Shown one piece after another: positions 9,890 to 19,848 of a stretch of 64,000 bases of DNA. Where the stretch lies: NCBI GenBank assembly GCA_963837465.1, contig CAWINB010000004.1, positions 202,853-266,852 of the forward strand, given 5' to 3'. This stretch comes from Candidatus Doudnabacteria bacterium. Lineage in GTDB: Bacteria; Patescibacteriota; Doudnabacteria; UBA920. The position numbers were made by a program, and so were the translations under genes. The notes under the pieces are model-generated. The model worked only from the letters and a program-made list of their open reading frames with translations. It had not been told where the DNA came from and made no database searches. Position 1 is the stretch's first letter; each line of letters opens with the position of its first letter.

Positions 9890-11501
9890 TTATTGTTTAA
9901 TATACGTTACCACGCTCTGTCCCGCGCTTAAGCCGCTGGTTATTTCCACCAAGCCGCCGTCGGCGTTAAGCCCGGTCTGCACCTGCGCCTGGTGATAGGT
10001 TTTCTTTTTCGGGTCATCAATCACCCGCACGTATTCGTTGCCGTTTTGGCTGATGATGGCGCTGCTGGGCACGGCCAAAACATTTTGTTTTTGCGCCACT
10101 AAAATTGTCATATTGGCAGTCATCCCCGGCTTAACATCAGAAATTTGCGGGATGCTGGCTTTAACCAGGTAATCCACTACTCCGGAAATTACCGTGGCTC
10201 CGGGATCAATGCTTAAAACGGTTCCGGCAAAGTGCCGGTCCGGACCCAAAGCGTCAAAAGTAATATCCACGCTTTGCCCTGGCTGCAAAGAAGCCACATC
10301 GGCCTCGCTGACATCGGCCTCAACATGCAAATTATTAACATCCTGCAAAATTATGGCTTCCTGCAAGGCCGGAGCCTGCTCGCCGACTTTGGTATCAACC
10401 GAAGTTATGGTCCCGTCGCTGGGCGCGGTAATAACAGTATCGGCCAAATTAGCCTGGGCCTGCTGCGCCTGTCCCTGGGCCGAAACTATCTGCGCCTGGG
10501 CCGCGGCAATGTCCGCCGGCTGCGCCTGGGCCGTTTGTTCGTTTAAACTGGCCTGGGCCTGGGCCAAAGCTGTTTCGCTGCTGTTAAGCTGGTCCTGGGC
10601 GGCCGCGATTTCGCTGTCGCGATTTTTTAAAACCGCCTGGTAAGCATTGTAATTGGTAAGATAGGAAGAAGAATAAGTATTGGGGATACTGACTGTCCAG
10701 CTGTCTGTGGTGGAAGGGTTGGAGCTGAATTGGATGTATAAACCGTTGCCGCCCATCGCCACCGGCTGGCCGCGTACCGGTCCGGAAGAGGTCTCAAGCC
10801 CGCTGAGATTAAACTGCAATCCGCTGCCGGTGCTGTAAATGGTAATATCATAAACTCCCTGGTTTGTGCCTGAATAAGTTCCGGTTATAACCGGAATGGT
10901 ATTGTCGCTGTTGCCGCTGCTGGGTACCGCGGAATTACCGCTGTTAAGCAAAGTAGTGTAGGCGTTCTGTACCGCGGTATCCTGTTGAGCCTGGGTGGTG
11001 GCCAGGCTGCTGGAGGCATTGGTAACCGCCACCTGAGCCGCGTCCACGGCTTCCTGCGCCACGGCAATTTGCTGGTCGCTGGACCCGTCCAGCACCTTTT
11101 GGTAATTGGCCCGAGCCTGATCCAATCCGCCTTCGGCGGAAGTTAAGGCGGCATCCGCTTTTGGCATCCAGGGTAGCCAAAACCTGGCCGGCTTTAACCG
11201 TATCGCCTTCCTGGACGTTAACCGTTTTTACCACGCCGCTGGTTTGGAAGCTTAAGTTTAAATCTGTCTGGCTAACCACCTGTCCCGTAGTCAAAACAGT
11301 CTGCTGGAGGTTTTGCTTTGCCACCACGGCAGTCTCTATATTGGAGGCATTGTTGCCGCCTTTAAAAATTTTATACAAAATCGGCGCGGCAATAACCAAA
11401 ATAACCACCGTCCAGATGATTTTCTTTTTGGTCAACCAGCGGCGCCAACCGGTTTTTGCCTGAGGGTTAAAGCCGGCGGAAGTTTCTTGATCCATATCCA
11501 T
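9890..11501 (-). CDS. Efflux membrane-fusion (MacA/HlyD-like) adaptor, split by a frameshift
   Basis: N-half (TM, SGVVKTVNVQEGDTVKAGQVLA) is in 10944..11501 and C-half (ITAPSDGTI, VKPGMTA) in 9890..11167; break at the homopolymer 11159-11162. Confidence 0.85.
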
Positions 11502-11563
11502 AAAGGTAAAATATTTTTATTAAAATTAAATTATTAAGCAATAAGCCCAAAACGGCAAATTTG

Positions 11564-11932
11564 TTATGGTTCGCGGCGTTTTTTTTGCAAAACGCCCCCG
11601 AAAAAATTTTGAAAATGTTCTTTAGCCTGGCTCTCCAATCCCGTGCCGGATAAATTTCCCATAATTGTTTCCACAAAATCCGCCAGCTGGTCGGTCTTCA
11701 TCAGCCCCAGCACTTTGCCGAACTTGCCCATAACCACGATCTGGTCGCCGGGCTTTAGGCCAAGGTCCTTCCTGGCCTGGGCCGGAATCACCAACTGCCC
11801 GCGACTGCCCAAAGTAGTGGTGCCGTAAAGCTTATCCTGCGCCCGCATCCTTTTTTGGATTTTTTTTTGCAAATCCAGCTTCATAAAATTTACTGTTATT
11901 AAGTATGATATTTCATACTTATCATACACCAA
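11564..11932 (-). CDS. AbrB/MazE/SpoVT DNA-binding regulator
   Basis: LGSRGQLVIPAQARKDLGLKPGD; directly upstream of the exporter operon. Confidence 0.85.
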   Translation of the reverse strand: MVYDKYEISYLITVNFMKLDLQKKIQKRMRAQDKLYGTTTLGSRGQLVIPAQARKDLGLKPGDQIVVMGKFGKVLGLMKTDQLADFVETIMGNLSGTGLESQAKEHFQNFFGGVLQKKRREP

Positions 11933-11967
11933 AGGCGGAGTTTGTCAAGAGGCTCCGGGGGAGCGGG

Positions 11968-13377
11968 TTAAAGAAGGCCGAAGTAATCCATGGATGACAG
12001 GGCTTTAAAGATCGCCTTATCCAGTTGTTTGGTTTGGAAAGCTTTATCCCGTTTCGCTTCAGGCACCGCTACTTCGTAAATAGTCGGCATGGCCAAAGCC
12101 AGAGATTGGCCAAGGGTTAGGCGTTGGGCCAGAGCGGAGTAGGCAGGATAATAGTCGCGGCCGCTAAAGTACAAATCCGAAGCGCTTGGAGCCGCGGGCT
12201 TGCCGTTGAACATCATCCAAGCCAGGGAACTTTCGGCAAAATTTTTACAGGGCGCGGACTGGGCTCTTGCCGATTCAAAATCCTCAACGCCGCCTAATTC
12301 CAAAAGCAGCGCTGTTAATTTTTCTTTTGTCCGGGTCAGCCTGGTGGTTTGGTTAAAGCCTCCGGCGCAGGCCAGCCCGGCATAAAGCAAAACCGTAAAA
12401 CACAAAGGGCTTGATGGATAAATTTTTCTTTTTTCCATCAAGCCAACAACATCCCGGCTTTCCCGCGGCAAATTAAGCAAAGCCTGCCTGCGACCGTCGG
12501 GACCAATACCCCAAAACATAAAGGTATGTTCCTGTCCAAAATGGCGCCGCCACAGGTTTTGGCCCTGGCGGCTTAAAACCATCCGGGAGAGGATATGGGC
12601 CGGGTTTTTAAAAACACGGATAAAGTAATTTATAATTAAAGTTTCCAAAGGCAGATAAACCGCTCTGGGAGCCGAAGGAAAAACAACCTGCCAAAACCTG
12701 TGGCTTATATGGCAGGCTTGGGCGGAAAAATTTTCCGCTCCGGGGCAATCTTCCATTTTCAGCAAATCCAGCAAATCACCAAAACGTCCGTCGCCGTGCT
12801 TTTTAATATAATCGATATTTTTTCCGGAAACAGCCGGCGCGGAAAAGACGGGCAGGGTTTTTTGGCGGTCCGGGAAAAAAGAATACCGCCGCAAATCCCC
12901 GCTGTTGTCACGGCAGAGCAGGGAGCCTGACCAGGAAGAAGTGTTATTTAAAGACACGCTCTCGGTGGCCAAAATCACGGCCGACTCCCCAGGCTTAAAA
13001 GCCAGGGAATAAATTAAGTCACTGTTGACAAAAATAGGATGCCCCCAAATACCGTGATGATCCACTGTGGAAACTAAGGGTTTTTTTATGAGTTGGGCGG
13101 TTGCGGAAGCGGCCAGGTCATCGCCATAATAAAATTTTAACAATTGGCCAAATACAAATAAAAAATCTTCGTCCGGCGGTTTGCCCGGAACTTCCCATCG
13201 CTTGGTTATGTAATCTTTTAAAATTTCACCGCCGTAACTGCCCGCTATTTCACCCAGCGCCGGCCGGCGTAAAAAAACTTCTTTTCGCATCTTCTCTATT
13301 ATATCCATATCCAGTATATTATACCGCCGCCGCCGGAATAAAAAAATACCCCCAAGAGGCTGTCTGAAAAGATCCAT
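11968..13377 (-). CDS. Hypothetical protein (true start probably ~13314)
   Basis: Long ORF with a DHHG motif; no family recognised. Confidence 0.6.
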   Translation of the reverse strand: MDLFRQPLGGIFLFRRRRYNILDMDIIEKMRKEVFLRRPALGEIAGSYGGEILKDYITKRWEVPGKPPDEDFLFVFGQLLKFYYGDDLAASATAQLIKKPLVSTVDHHGIWGHPIFVNSDLIYSLAFKPGESAVILATESVSLNNTSSWSGSLLCRDNSGDLRRYSFFPDRQKTLPVFSAPAVSGKNIDYIKKHGDGRFGDLLDLLKMEDCPGAENFSAQACHISHRFWQVVFPSAPRAVYLPLETLIINYFIRVFKNPAHILSRMVLSRQGQNLWRRHFGQEHTFMFWGIGPDGRRQALLNLPRESRDVVGLMEKRKIYPSSPLCFTVLLYAGLACAGGFNQTTRLTRTKEKLTALLLELGGVEDFESARAQSAPCKNFAESSLAWMMFNGKPAAPSASDLYFSGRDYYPAYSALAQRLTLGQSLALAMPTIYEVAVPEAKRDKAFQTKQLDKAIFKALSSMDYFGLL

Positions 13378-13467
13378 TTCTGCCGCAATTTCAGCATTTC
13401 GGCAGAAATGGACTTTATGGACTGTTTCTTAGAAGGGGTATTCGCAAGTAAATTACGGCTACAAAGC

Positions 13468-13995
13468 TTACCTGACCCCTTCGGGGGTAAGGATGTGCAT
13501 GCCCGGGGCAAAGTCCCCTGTTTGGCTACTCAGGCAAAAATAATAGGCATAGTCGGGATACACCACGGTTGTGCCGTTGGCGCCCAAAAAAGTGGTGCCG
13601 CTTGGGTAATAATAATATTGGCTGCCATTGGTGCCCGGAGGAACCGGCGCCGGATAAGTAATGGATGGGCACACTCCGTCCGGCGGCTGGGGGTCTGAAG
13701 GGAGCGATGATGTGTATATAGGCACCAGCAGGCTGGTAATGGAAGGGTAGCCTTGGTTATCGGAAAAATACAGTTCCAGGCCCGTATTCATTTGGGCCAT
13801 ATCGGCAAGCCGTTTGGCATCCCGGCTTTTTTGTCGGGCCGACGACAAAGCTATTAAAGCTATGGAGGCCAAAAGACCGATAATGGCCACAACCACGAGC
13901 AATTCTATCAAAGTAAAACCCCTGGCGTTTTTATAAACGCCCGGGTTTTCGGGGTGTTGTTTTTCAGGCAAATTAATATTAAAAAAACCAAGCAC
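13468..13995 (-). CDS. Type IV pilin / GspG-like prepilin
   Basis: RGFTLIELLVVVAIIGLLASI N-methylation motif; ARQKSRDAKRLAD...LELYF...YP. Confidence 0.9.
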   Translation of the reverse strand: MLGFFNINLPEKQHPENPGVYKNARGFTLIELLVVVAIIGLLASIALIALSSARQKSRDAKRLADMAQMNTGLELYFSDNQGYPSITSLLVPIYTSSLPSDPQPPDGVCPSITYPAPVPPGTNGSQYYYYPSGTTFLGANGTTVVYPDYAYYFCLSSQTGDFAPGMHILTPEGVR

Positions 13996-14182
13996 GATTT
14001 TTTGTTTTTAATTTTTTATTTCTTTCACAGACGGATATCTTATGCCCAATAATTATAGCAGATGTCCGGTATTTTTCAAAATGTATAACCAGGAAGTCGC
14101 GTTTTGCCCTTGAAAAAAAAGCCTAAATAGCGTAAAATGTCAGGGATAGTCAAAGGTTCCGGTCAAAAAGAGCTTGCGGTTT

Positions 14183-14258
14183 GGGACGGTAGCTCAGCTG
14201 GTAGAGCAGCGGCCTTTTAAGCCGTTTGTCCCGGGTTCGACCCCCGGCCGTCCCACCA
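14183..14258 (+). tRNA. tRNA-Lys(TTT), copy 1 (integration site)
   Basis: GGGACGG/CCGTCCC acceptor stem, CTTTTAA loop, CCA. Confidence 0.95.
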
Positions 14259-14577
14259 AAATTTTCAAGCTTTCAAAGCAACTACTTTTAAATAAGTAGT
14301 TGCTTTTTTATTTGTGTCCAGCTTTTTGCGGACTTCAGCCATTTATTTTGGAGATAACAAGTATGGAGCAACATTTTAAAGTTAACATTGGCGGCCGCTG
14401 CGGCTTGATGCATGTTTATGGAGATGGCGGTTGGTTAGAAATTGCGACCAATGAGCAGGACTACCATGACATGGGGGTTAAATACAATGTCGACAGCTGC
14501 GATCTGGTTAACGGCAAATGGGTTTTTCAGCCATTTGATTTTCAAAAATAATTAATCAAAAAAGAAAGGATAAATTT

Positions 14578-14802
14578 ATGGAGTATTTATTGGGTGTAGT
14601 AGTGTCTATTATAGTGGAAGTGGTCAAAAAATATTCTAACAGCAACACCGTTGGCACTTATGCCATTTTGCTGGTGGTGTCAGTGCTTGGAGCAGCTGGG
14701 TATTATTACGCCTCGCATTCGGCATACTGGCCGACTGCGCTGCAAATTTTGACCAGTGCTGCGGCATTCCACAACTTGGTGATTCGGCAGCTGGCTGATT
14801 AG
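14578..14802 (+). CDS. Small membrane protein (holin-like size and topology)
   Basis: 74 aa, 2-3 hydrophobic helices, AAGGA RBS. Confidence 0.5.
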   Translation: MEYLLGVVVSIIVEVVKKYSNSNTVGTYAILLVVSVLGAAGYYYASHSAYWPTALQILTSAAAFHNLVIRQLAD

Positions 14803-15098
14803 GTGGGTATAACTTACGGCAGGCAGCTAAAAACAGGCTTGGTTTGCAGGCCTGTTTTTCATTTGACCTTAAGTATTTTTAGAGTATAATTAAGGTATAC
14901 AAAGTTGTCGCAGATTTAAAACAAAAGTTAAGATTTCATGTCTTTCAAGCAATTTAATTTTCCGGATAGCCGCAAGGACTCATTTTGCCGGTAACCAGCC
15001 ATTGTCACATCACCATTGACAATGGCCTTGACTCGTGGTAACATTAACGTTCCCTGTAACAGTCGGCCATCCCTATCGTTATTATTAATAGATGACTT

Positions 15099-15443
15099 AT
15101 GGCTGACGAAAAGTGCGTCATTGACATTTTAGATTACAGGCAAGTTCGGATAGTTTTCACCGAGAAGAAATGGATGTTTAAGTGCCAGACCCATCCTGAA
15201 CTAAAAAGCCAAACCTTTTTAAAAAACGTTGAACGGACGTTGCAAGAGCCTGAAGAGGTCTGGGAAGATTACGACGATCCTAAGCATAAATATTGTTATT
15301 ACCGAAAATACTCCACCAATACTATGGTCAAAGTCGTAGTATGGATGGATGGAGATAACCACATTGTTACGGCTTACGAAACTGATTTTATTAAAGAGAC
15401 CAAGTATCAACCGGATTTAAAACAAGTTTATAAAAAATTGTGA
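15099..15443 (+). CDS. PBECR/DUF4258-like RNase toxin
   Basis: W...HPEL...TL..P..VW...YYRKY...VKVVV...IVTAY pattern. Confidence 0.65.
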   Translation: MADEKCVIDILDYRQVRIVFTEKKWMFKCQTHPELKSQTFLKNVERTLQEPEEVWEDYDDPKHKYCYYRKYSTNTMVKVVVWMDGDNHIVTAYETDFIKETKYQPDLKQVYKKL

Positions 15444-15450
15444 GGTATTT

Positions 15451-15861
15451 ATGACCGAAGCAATCCAAGAACAAAAGAAGAAAGAAATCTTTGATTTCGT
15501 TTACGGGCTTCCTGCAATGGCAAAAAAGGACGGCTGGGTTCTTCGCTATGATCCGGAAAGCGACGAAGCATCAATCACTGTCCCAGAACTCTCCGACGAC
15601 GCCCGCATCCACTATGTCAACGACGAAATCGCCCTCTATTTTTCCAAAGGTGTTATCCAGGGCTTGTTTATCGAATACTTCCGCAAGAACTTCGTTCAGC
15701 ATCAACCCAATGATCTCACCGCCTTGGCAGAAAAAATAAACACCCCTTCCGAAAATGAGGGTTTTGTTGAGATGTCTTGGAATAAGGTAGAAAAAATCGC
15801 TCCGGATTTGGAAGATTCCATCAAGCGCGCTTTGGTGAAAGACGCAGCACTATCAGTATAA
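15451..15861 (+). CDS. DUF2283-like antitoxin
   Basis: YDPESD...I...VNDEIALYF.KG.I.GL.I; directly follows the toxin. Confidence 0.6.
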   Translation: MTEAIQEQKKKEIFDFVYGLPAMAKKDGWVLRYDPESDEASITVPELSDDARIHYVNDEIALYFSKGVIQGLFIEYFRKNFVQHQPNDLTALAEKINTPSENEGFVEMSWNKVEKIAPDLEDSIKRALVKDAALSV

Positions 15862-15970
15862 ATTACTTTGCTAAACCCCTCCGAATTCTGTAACAGGACC
15901 CGGAGGTTCCAAAAAAAAAGCCGGGAGTCCAGTGTTCTGGATATCTCGGCTTTTTTGTTATAATGGAGCT

Positions 15971-16150
15971 ATGGGAACAGTAATTTTAATTATTTTAGCA
16001 TATCTTGTGGTCGGCTTACTCATGGTCTTTTGGGATTTCCGCAGAAACAACTCATTACATGAACCACCGCGTTTTATTCATGACCGTAGCGTAAGCACGG
16101 CAATAATTTTTGTATTAATTTGGCCTTACAAATTACTTGCAAAAATTTAA
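15971..16150 (+). CDS. Small two-helix membrane protein
   Basis: GGAG RBS plus ATG at 15971; two hydrophobic segments. Confidence 0.5.
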   Translation: MGTVILIILAYLVVGLLMVFWDFRRNNSLHEPPRFIHDRSVSTAIIFVLIWPYKLLAKI

Positions 16151-16318
16151 CGATCGAGTTATATTAACTTTAGATTTTCGGCGAAGGCCTACCCTTTATT
16201 GGTGGAGATTGGTCTAGTAGGTAGAATCAAACGGAACGGACCTGTTAGAATAGCCGAAAACGCAAACCCCGCAAGGGGTTTGTTTTATTACTTGCCAATA
16301 AATTTGGGGCAAGTTAAT

Positions 16319-16831
16319 ATGTTTAACAGCATGATAACTTTTGACAAAATTAAAGATTTTTTTAAACAAGGCTGGACTTATAAACGCATAGGCAATCAGT
16401 TTGGGGTGAGCAGGCAGCGTATCCAGCAGGTCGTTAAAGAGAATGGCTATGGTAATAGGCGGCCGCCTGTTCCCGATTTCACCGACGAAAAAAAATTTAA
16501 ACAGTCGGAATTTTATAGGAAGAGGGTCAAGCAATTCGGACGCTTTAATTTACGAGATTATTTAAACCGGCAACCAGTTTCAAAAAAGAAACGTTTAGAA
16601 GTTTTTCAGCGTGATAATTTTACCTGCCAATATTGCGGTAAAAAGAGAGGGGAAGTCAAACTTTCTGTTACTCACAAAATCCCCCTCTCTCGTGATAATC
16701 GAGACAACTTTCACGATATAGAAAATTTAATTACAGCTTGCAGGAGCTGCTCCAGTAAAAAAGGCTACAGAACCCACGAGGAATTCGTCAGCAATAAAAA
16801 GGTCACTATGTTTGAAGCTTTAGGCAAATAA
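16319..16831 (+). CDS. HTH-HNH endonuclease domain protein
   Basis: TYKRIGNQFGVSRQRIQQ HTH; RD.FTCQYCG...HKIP...NLITACRSC. Confidence 0.8.
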   Translation: MFNSMITFDKIKDFFKQGWTYKRIGNQFGVSRQRIQQVVKENGYGNRRPPVPDFTDEKKFKQSEFYRKRVKQFGRFNLRDYLNRQPVSKKKRLEVFQRDNFTCQYCGKKRGEVKLSVTHKIPLSRDNRDNFHDIENLITACRSCSSKKGYRTHEEFVSNKKVTMFEALGK

Positions 16832-17149
16832 GGTAATTTTTATATCTAAAATAGACCTAATAAAGCCCGAAAAGGGCTATTTTTATTAGGTTTTCGCTTA
16901 TTCTTGACAAAATAGCTAAAATAATGTATAATTATATGTCTTAATAATTCCACTTTTGTAGGGGTTTATTAGGACGCATTTTGATCTTAAATATTTCAAA
17001 GGGGGACTATTTTTGAGAAGATAAAGAGATTCTTTGGGCAGATTTGCATACAACTTTTTGTATTCATCTCCGCCCAAGGAATCAGATAGTGTTCATGAGA
17101 CTATCTGGCACCTGGTTGCAGTTAACTTTCTGAAACAGGAGAATTCCAC

Positions 17150-17938
17150 ATGAAGACGCTTTCGATGATCATCACGCTTTCGCTTTCCGTTTCCGCATTC
17201 GGAGCCGATGTGCATCATATGCACAAAGGGAAGATCGAAGCTGACAGCACAACTACTGCCAACCCGGCCAGCACAGGAGCCAAGGTTCTCGTTTGGTCAG
17301 ACAAGAAGTTCTATCTGCCCGGCGAGGAAATCAAGCTCCGAGCGCTCGGCTTCGCCGCCGACGCAACCCAGCTCCAGATTTCCATCTCGGAGCAGTTCAC
17401 TGACGATCAGGGCAATGTGGTTTCCACAAACTACTATCCCTGTGAGTGCGGCGACAGCAACGCCGGATACGTCCCGACTCTGGCTAACTTCAACTTCATC
17501 ACGTTGCTTTCCAAACGCGTTCCGCAGCTTGCCATTGGCCGGTATGACTTCACGGTTACAATCAGCCAGTTTCCCGGCAACGGCGCAGCTAGTCTGCCTT
17601 ATCAGACCACTCAACTCACCGTATTTGGTATGATAAGCAATGCACCGGAGGTTAACCCGATCGTCATCAATCAGATCCAGCAGGGTGTCAGCCAGGGACC
17701 CATCATACTGGTCACCGGACGGTTTCCCAAGAATGTCCCGATGAACTACTTTATCGGCGCAGCACCTTATGAAGGGAGCTTTTCAGATCAACCGACCGCA
17801 ATCTCCACGGATGGCACGTCGCTGATCTTGCCGGGGCTGAGCGGATCTCGCATGGAAAGCCGGGTCATCCTCATGTTGCCGGACGGAAGTTTCAGCACCA
17901 CTTCGGCGCAGAACTTTCTGCCAGCGATCACGCACTAA
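17150..17938 (+). CDS. Secreted beta-rich hypothetical protein
   Basis: Signal peptide (SAFG|A), AGGAG RBS, GC-richer than the flanks. Confidence 0.65.
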   Translation: MKTLSMIITLSLSVSAFGADVHHMHKGKIEADSTTTANPASTGAKVLVWSDKKFYLPGEEIKLRALGFAADATQLQISISEQFTDDQGNVVSTNYYPCECGDSNAGYVPTLANFNFITLLSKRVPQLAIGRYDFTVTISQFPGNGAASLPYQTTQLTVFGMISNAPEVNPIVINQIQQGVSQGPIILVTGRFPKNVPMNYFIGAAPYEGSFSDQPTAISTDGTSLILPGLSGSRMESRVILMLPDGSFSTTSAQNFLPAITH

Positions 17939-18018
17939 CCTTCTCGATTCTAAATCCTTGCTTAATGCAAGGTAGCCGCGGCATCCTCAATGGATAGTCC
18001 GCGGCTTTCTTTTGGTTT

Positions 18019-18243
18019 CTAAAAAGTTTTAAATAGCTCCTCAAGGCTGGTGCCTAAGGCTTTGGCTATTTTTTCTATATTTTTCAAAGCTATATTCCGT
18101 TCCCCTCGTTCGACACCACCAATATATGTGCGATCTAACCCAGACTTATTGGCTAAAGCCATTTGGGAAGTGATCCCTTTTTTCAGGCGTAGCTGATAAA
18201 TGCGCTTACCAAACTTCTTTAAAATGTCATTGTTTTTATTCAC
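18019..18243 (-). CDS. XRE-family HTH regulator
   Basis: SQMALA..SGLDRTYIGGVERGERNIAL.NI.KIA.AL. Confidence 0.9.
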   Translation of the reverse strand: MNKNNDILKKFGKRIYQLRLKKGITSQMALANKSGLDRTYIGGVERGERNIALKNIEKIAKALGTSLEELFKTF

Positions 18244-18363
18244 CCTTTAAGAATAAAGGGCAGATGATTATAAGGCGACGGACTATGAGTATCAGTAAAC
18301 CTGTGGTATAATGCGGGAAAAGGTGTATAATATAGGAAACATTAACTTTTAGAAACAAAAACA

Positions 18364-19848
18364 ATGGACAACCAAAATATAGGCATGGAGGGTAATTCTC
18401 CAGCGGTCTACACCCCGACAACTGCCATTCCACCAAGCAACGGCATGCCCGGCGCTAAATTGCCGGGACCCATTGCCATTTTAAGGCAAGCTTGGGAAAT
18501 TTATAAAAGCCGTTTTGGCTTATTGCTTGGTATAACATTGCTTCCCTCCGGATTATTGTTGGTTTATTTTTTGTTAGTTGGAGGAGGCGTAATCGCAGGA
18601 AGTTTTTTAACTCCACAGTTAGGGTCAACAGCTGGCGGTGCGACTGTAATCGCCGGGATAATACTTGCTGTCCTTCTATACATTGCGCTAATTTATGTTG
18701 GTATTTGGGCACAAACTGCTTTAATACTTGCTATAAAGGGTGCGGATCAGAAAGTTGGATTTAAACAATCGTTTGGTCAGGCTTCCCATAAAATCGGTTC
18801 ATTTTTTGGCGCCAGTTTACTTGTAGGAATGGCTGTTAGTGGCATGGCATTACTTTTTGAGGTGCCGGGTTTCCTTTTATTTTATAGTGTTTTGTTAAAA
18901 TTTTTACTGCCGTTTTATCAATACCTACTTTTCATCATTGGCGCCTTGGCTTTTATCTTAATTATTCCGGCTATTATTATTGGCGTTCGGTATTCCCTTT
19001 CTGCGTTTGTGGTTGTCGGAGATAACACCAAAGCCTTGTCTGCCGTTAAACGTAGTCGCGATTATGTAAGCGGCTATTGGTGGCCAGTGTTCTGGCGCTT
19101 TTTGTTCATTGGGGTAATAGCGATAATTTTTACTATAATTATTTTTATTATTACCGCATTTTTAACGACTGCCCTTAAAGGAGTAGCCGGATCAGTAGGG
19201 ACTATAATAGGGTCTATCATCAATCTAGCACTATCAGTCATTCTGCCGCCCTTATACATTACTTACGGCTATGAAGTATACACAAACTTAAAAGCCATCA
19301 AAGGAGAATCTCAGATACCGGCAGACAAATCTAGCGGAGTCGTGTGGATAATTATTGTGGTGGTAATACTAGTTATAGCCATAGCTGGGGTATCGATTGT
19401 TTTGCTCAGTTTAAACTCGGCTCGTTCAAAATCCCGCGATGCCAAAAGGTTGGCTGATGCCAGGCAAATCTCAGCAGCATTAGAACTCTACTTTAATGAT
19501 AACAACGCCTATCCGAATACTTTATCGCAATTAGTTCCTACCGATATAGGCGTATTGCCAGTAGCGCCAGAGCCTGCTGATGGTGCTTGCACCTCTTCTG
19601 AAAATCAATATCAATACCAACAAGTTAGCACTAATGATTATAAATTTACTTTCTGCACCGGTGCTTCGGTAGGCGGATATTCTGCCGGGATGCACACCAT
19701 GACCACTCAAGGTATAGATAGCGGTTCTAATAACTTAGAAAATTTTAACTTTCCAAATTCTATACCACAAAACACTACAGCTCCCGCTAGCCAAAGCAAT
19801 CTCGGCTCAAGCCTCAATAGCATTCAAAATTCCAATGGATCAAGATAA
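18364..19848 (+). CDS. Polytopic membrane protein fused to a C-terminal pilin-like domain
   Basis: About 7 TM helices, then ARSKSRDAKRLAD...LELYF...YP matching the pilin at 13468. Confidence 0.75.
   Translation: MDNQNIGMEGNSPAVYTPTTAIPPSNGMPGAKLPGPIAILRQAWEIYKSRFGLLLGITLLPSGLLLVYFLLVGGGVIAGSFLTPQLGSTAGGATVIAGIILAVLLYIALIYVGIWAQTALILAIKGADQKVGFKQSFGQASHKIGSFFGASLLVGMAVSGMALLFEVPGFLLFYSVLLKFLLPFYQYLLFIIGALAFILIIPAIIIGVRYSLSAFVVVGDNTKALSAVKRSRDYVSGYWWPVFWRFLFIGVIAIIFTIIIFIITAFLTTALKGVAGSVGTIIGSIINLALSVILPPLYITYGYEVYTNLKAIKGESQIPADKSSGVVWIIIVVVILVIAIAGVSIVLLSLNSARSKSRDAKRLADARQISAALELYFNDNNAYPNTLSQLVPTDIGVLPVAPEPADGACTSSENQYQYQQVSTNDYKFTFCTGASVGGYSAGMHTMTTQGIDSGSNNLENFNFPNSIPQNTTAPASQSNLGSSLNSIQNSNGSR

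Noticed and set aside
14300-14551. 83-aa ORF after tRNA-Lys
   Set aside because: A shorter ORF from 14363 may be real, but no family or motif supports a call.
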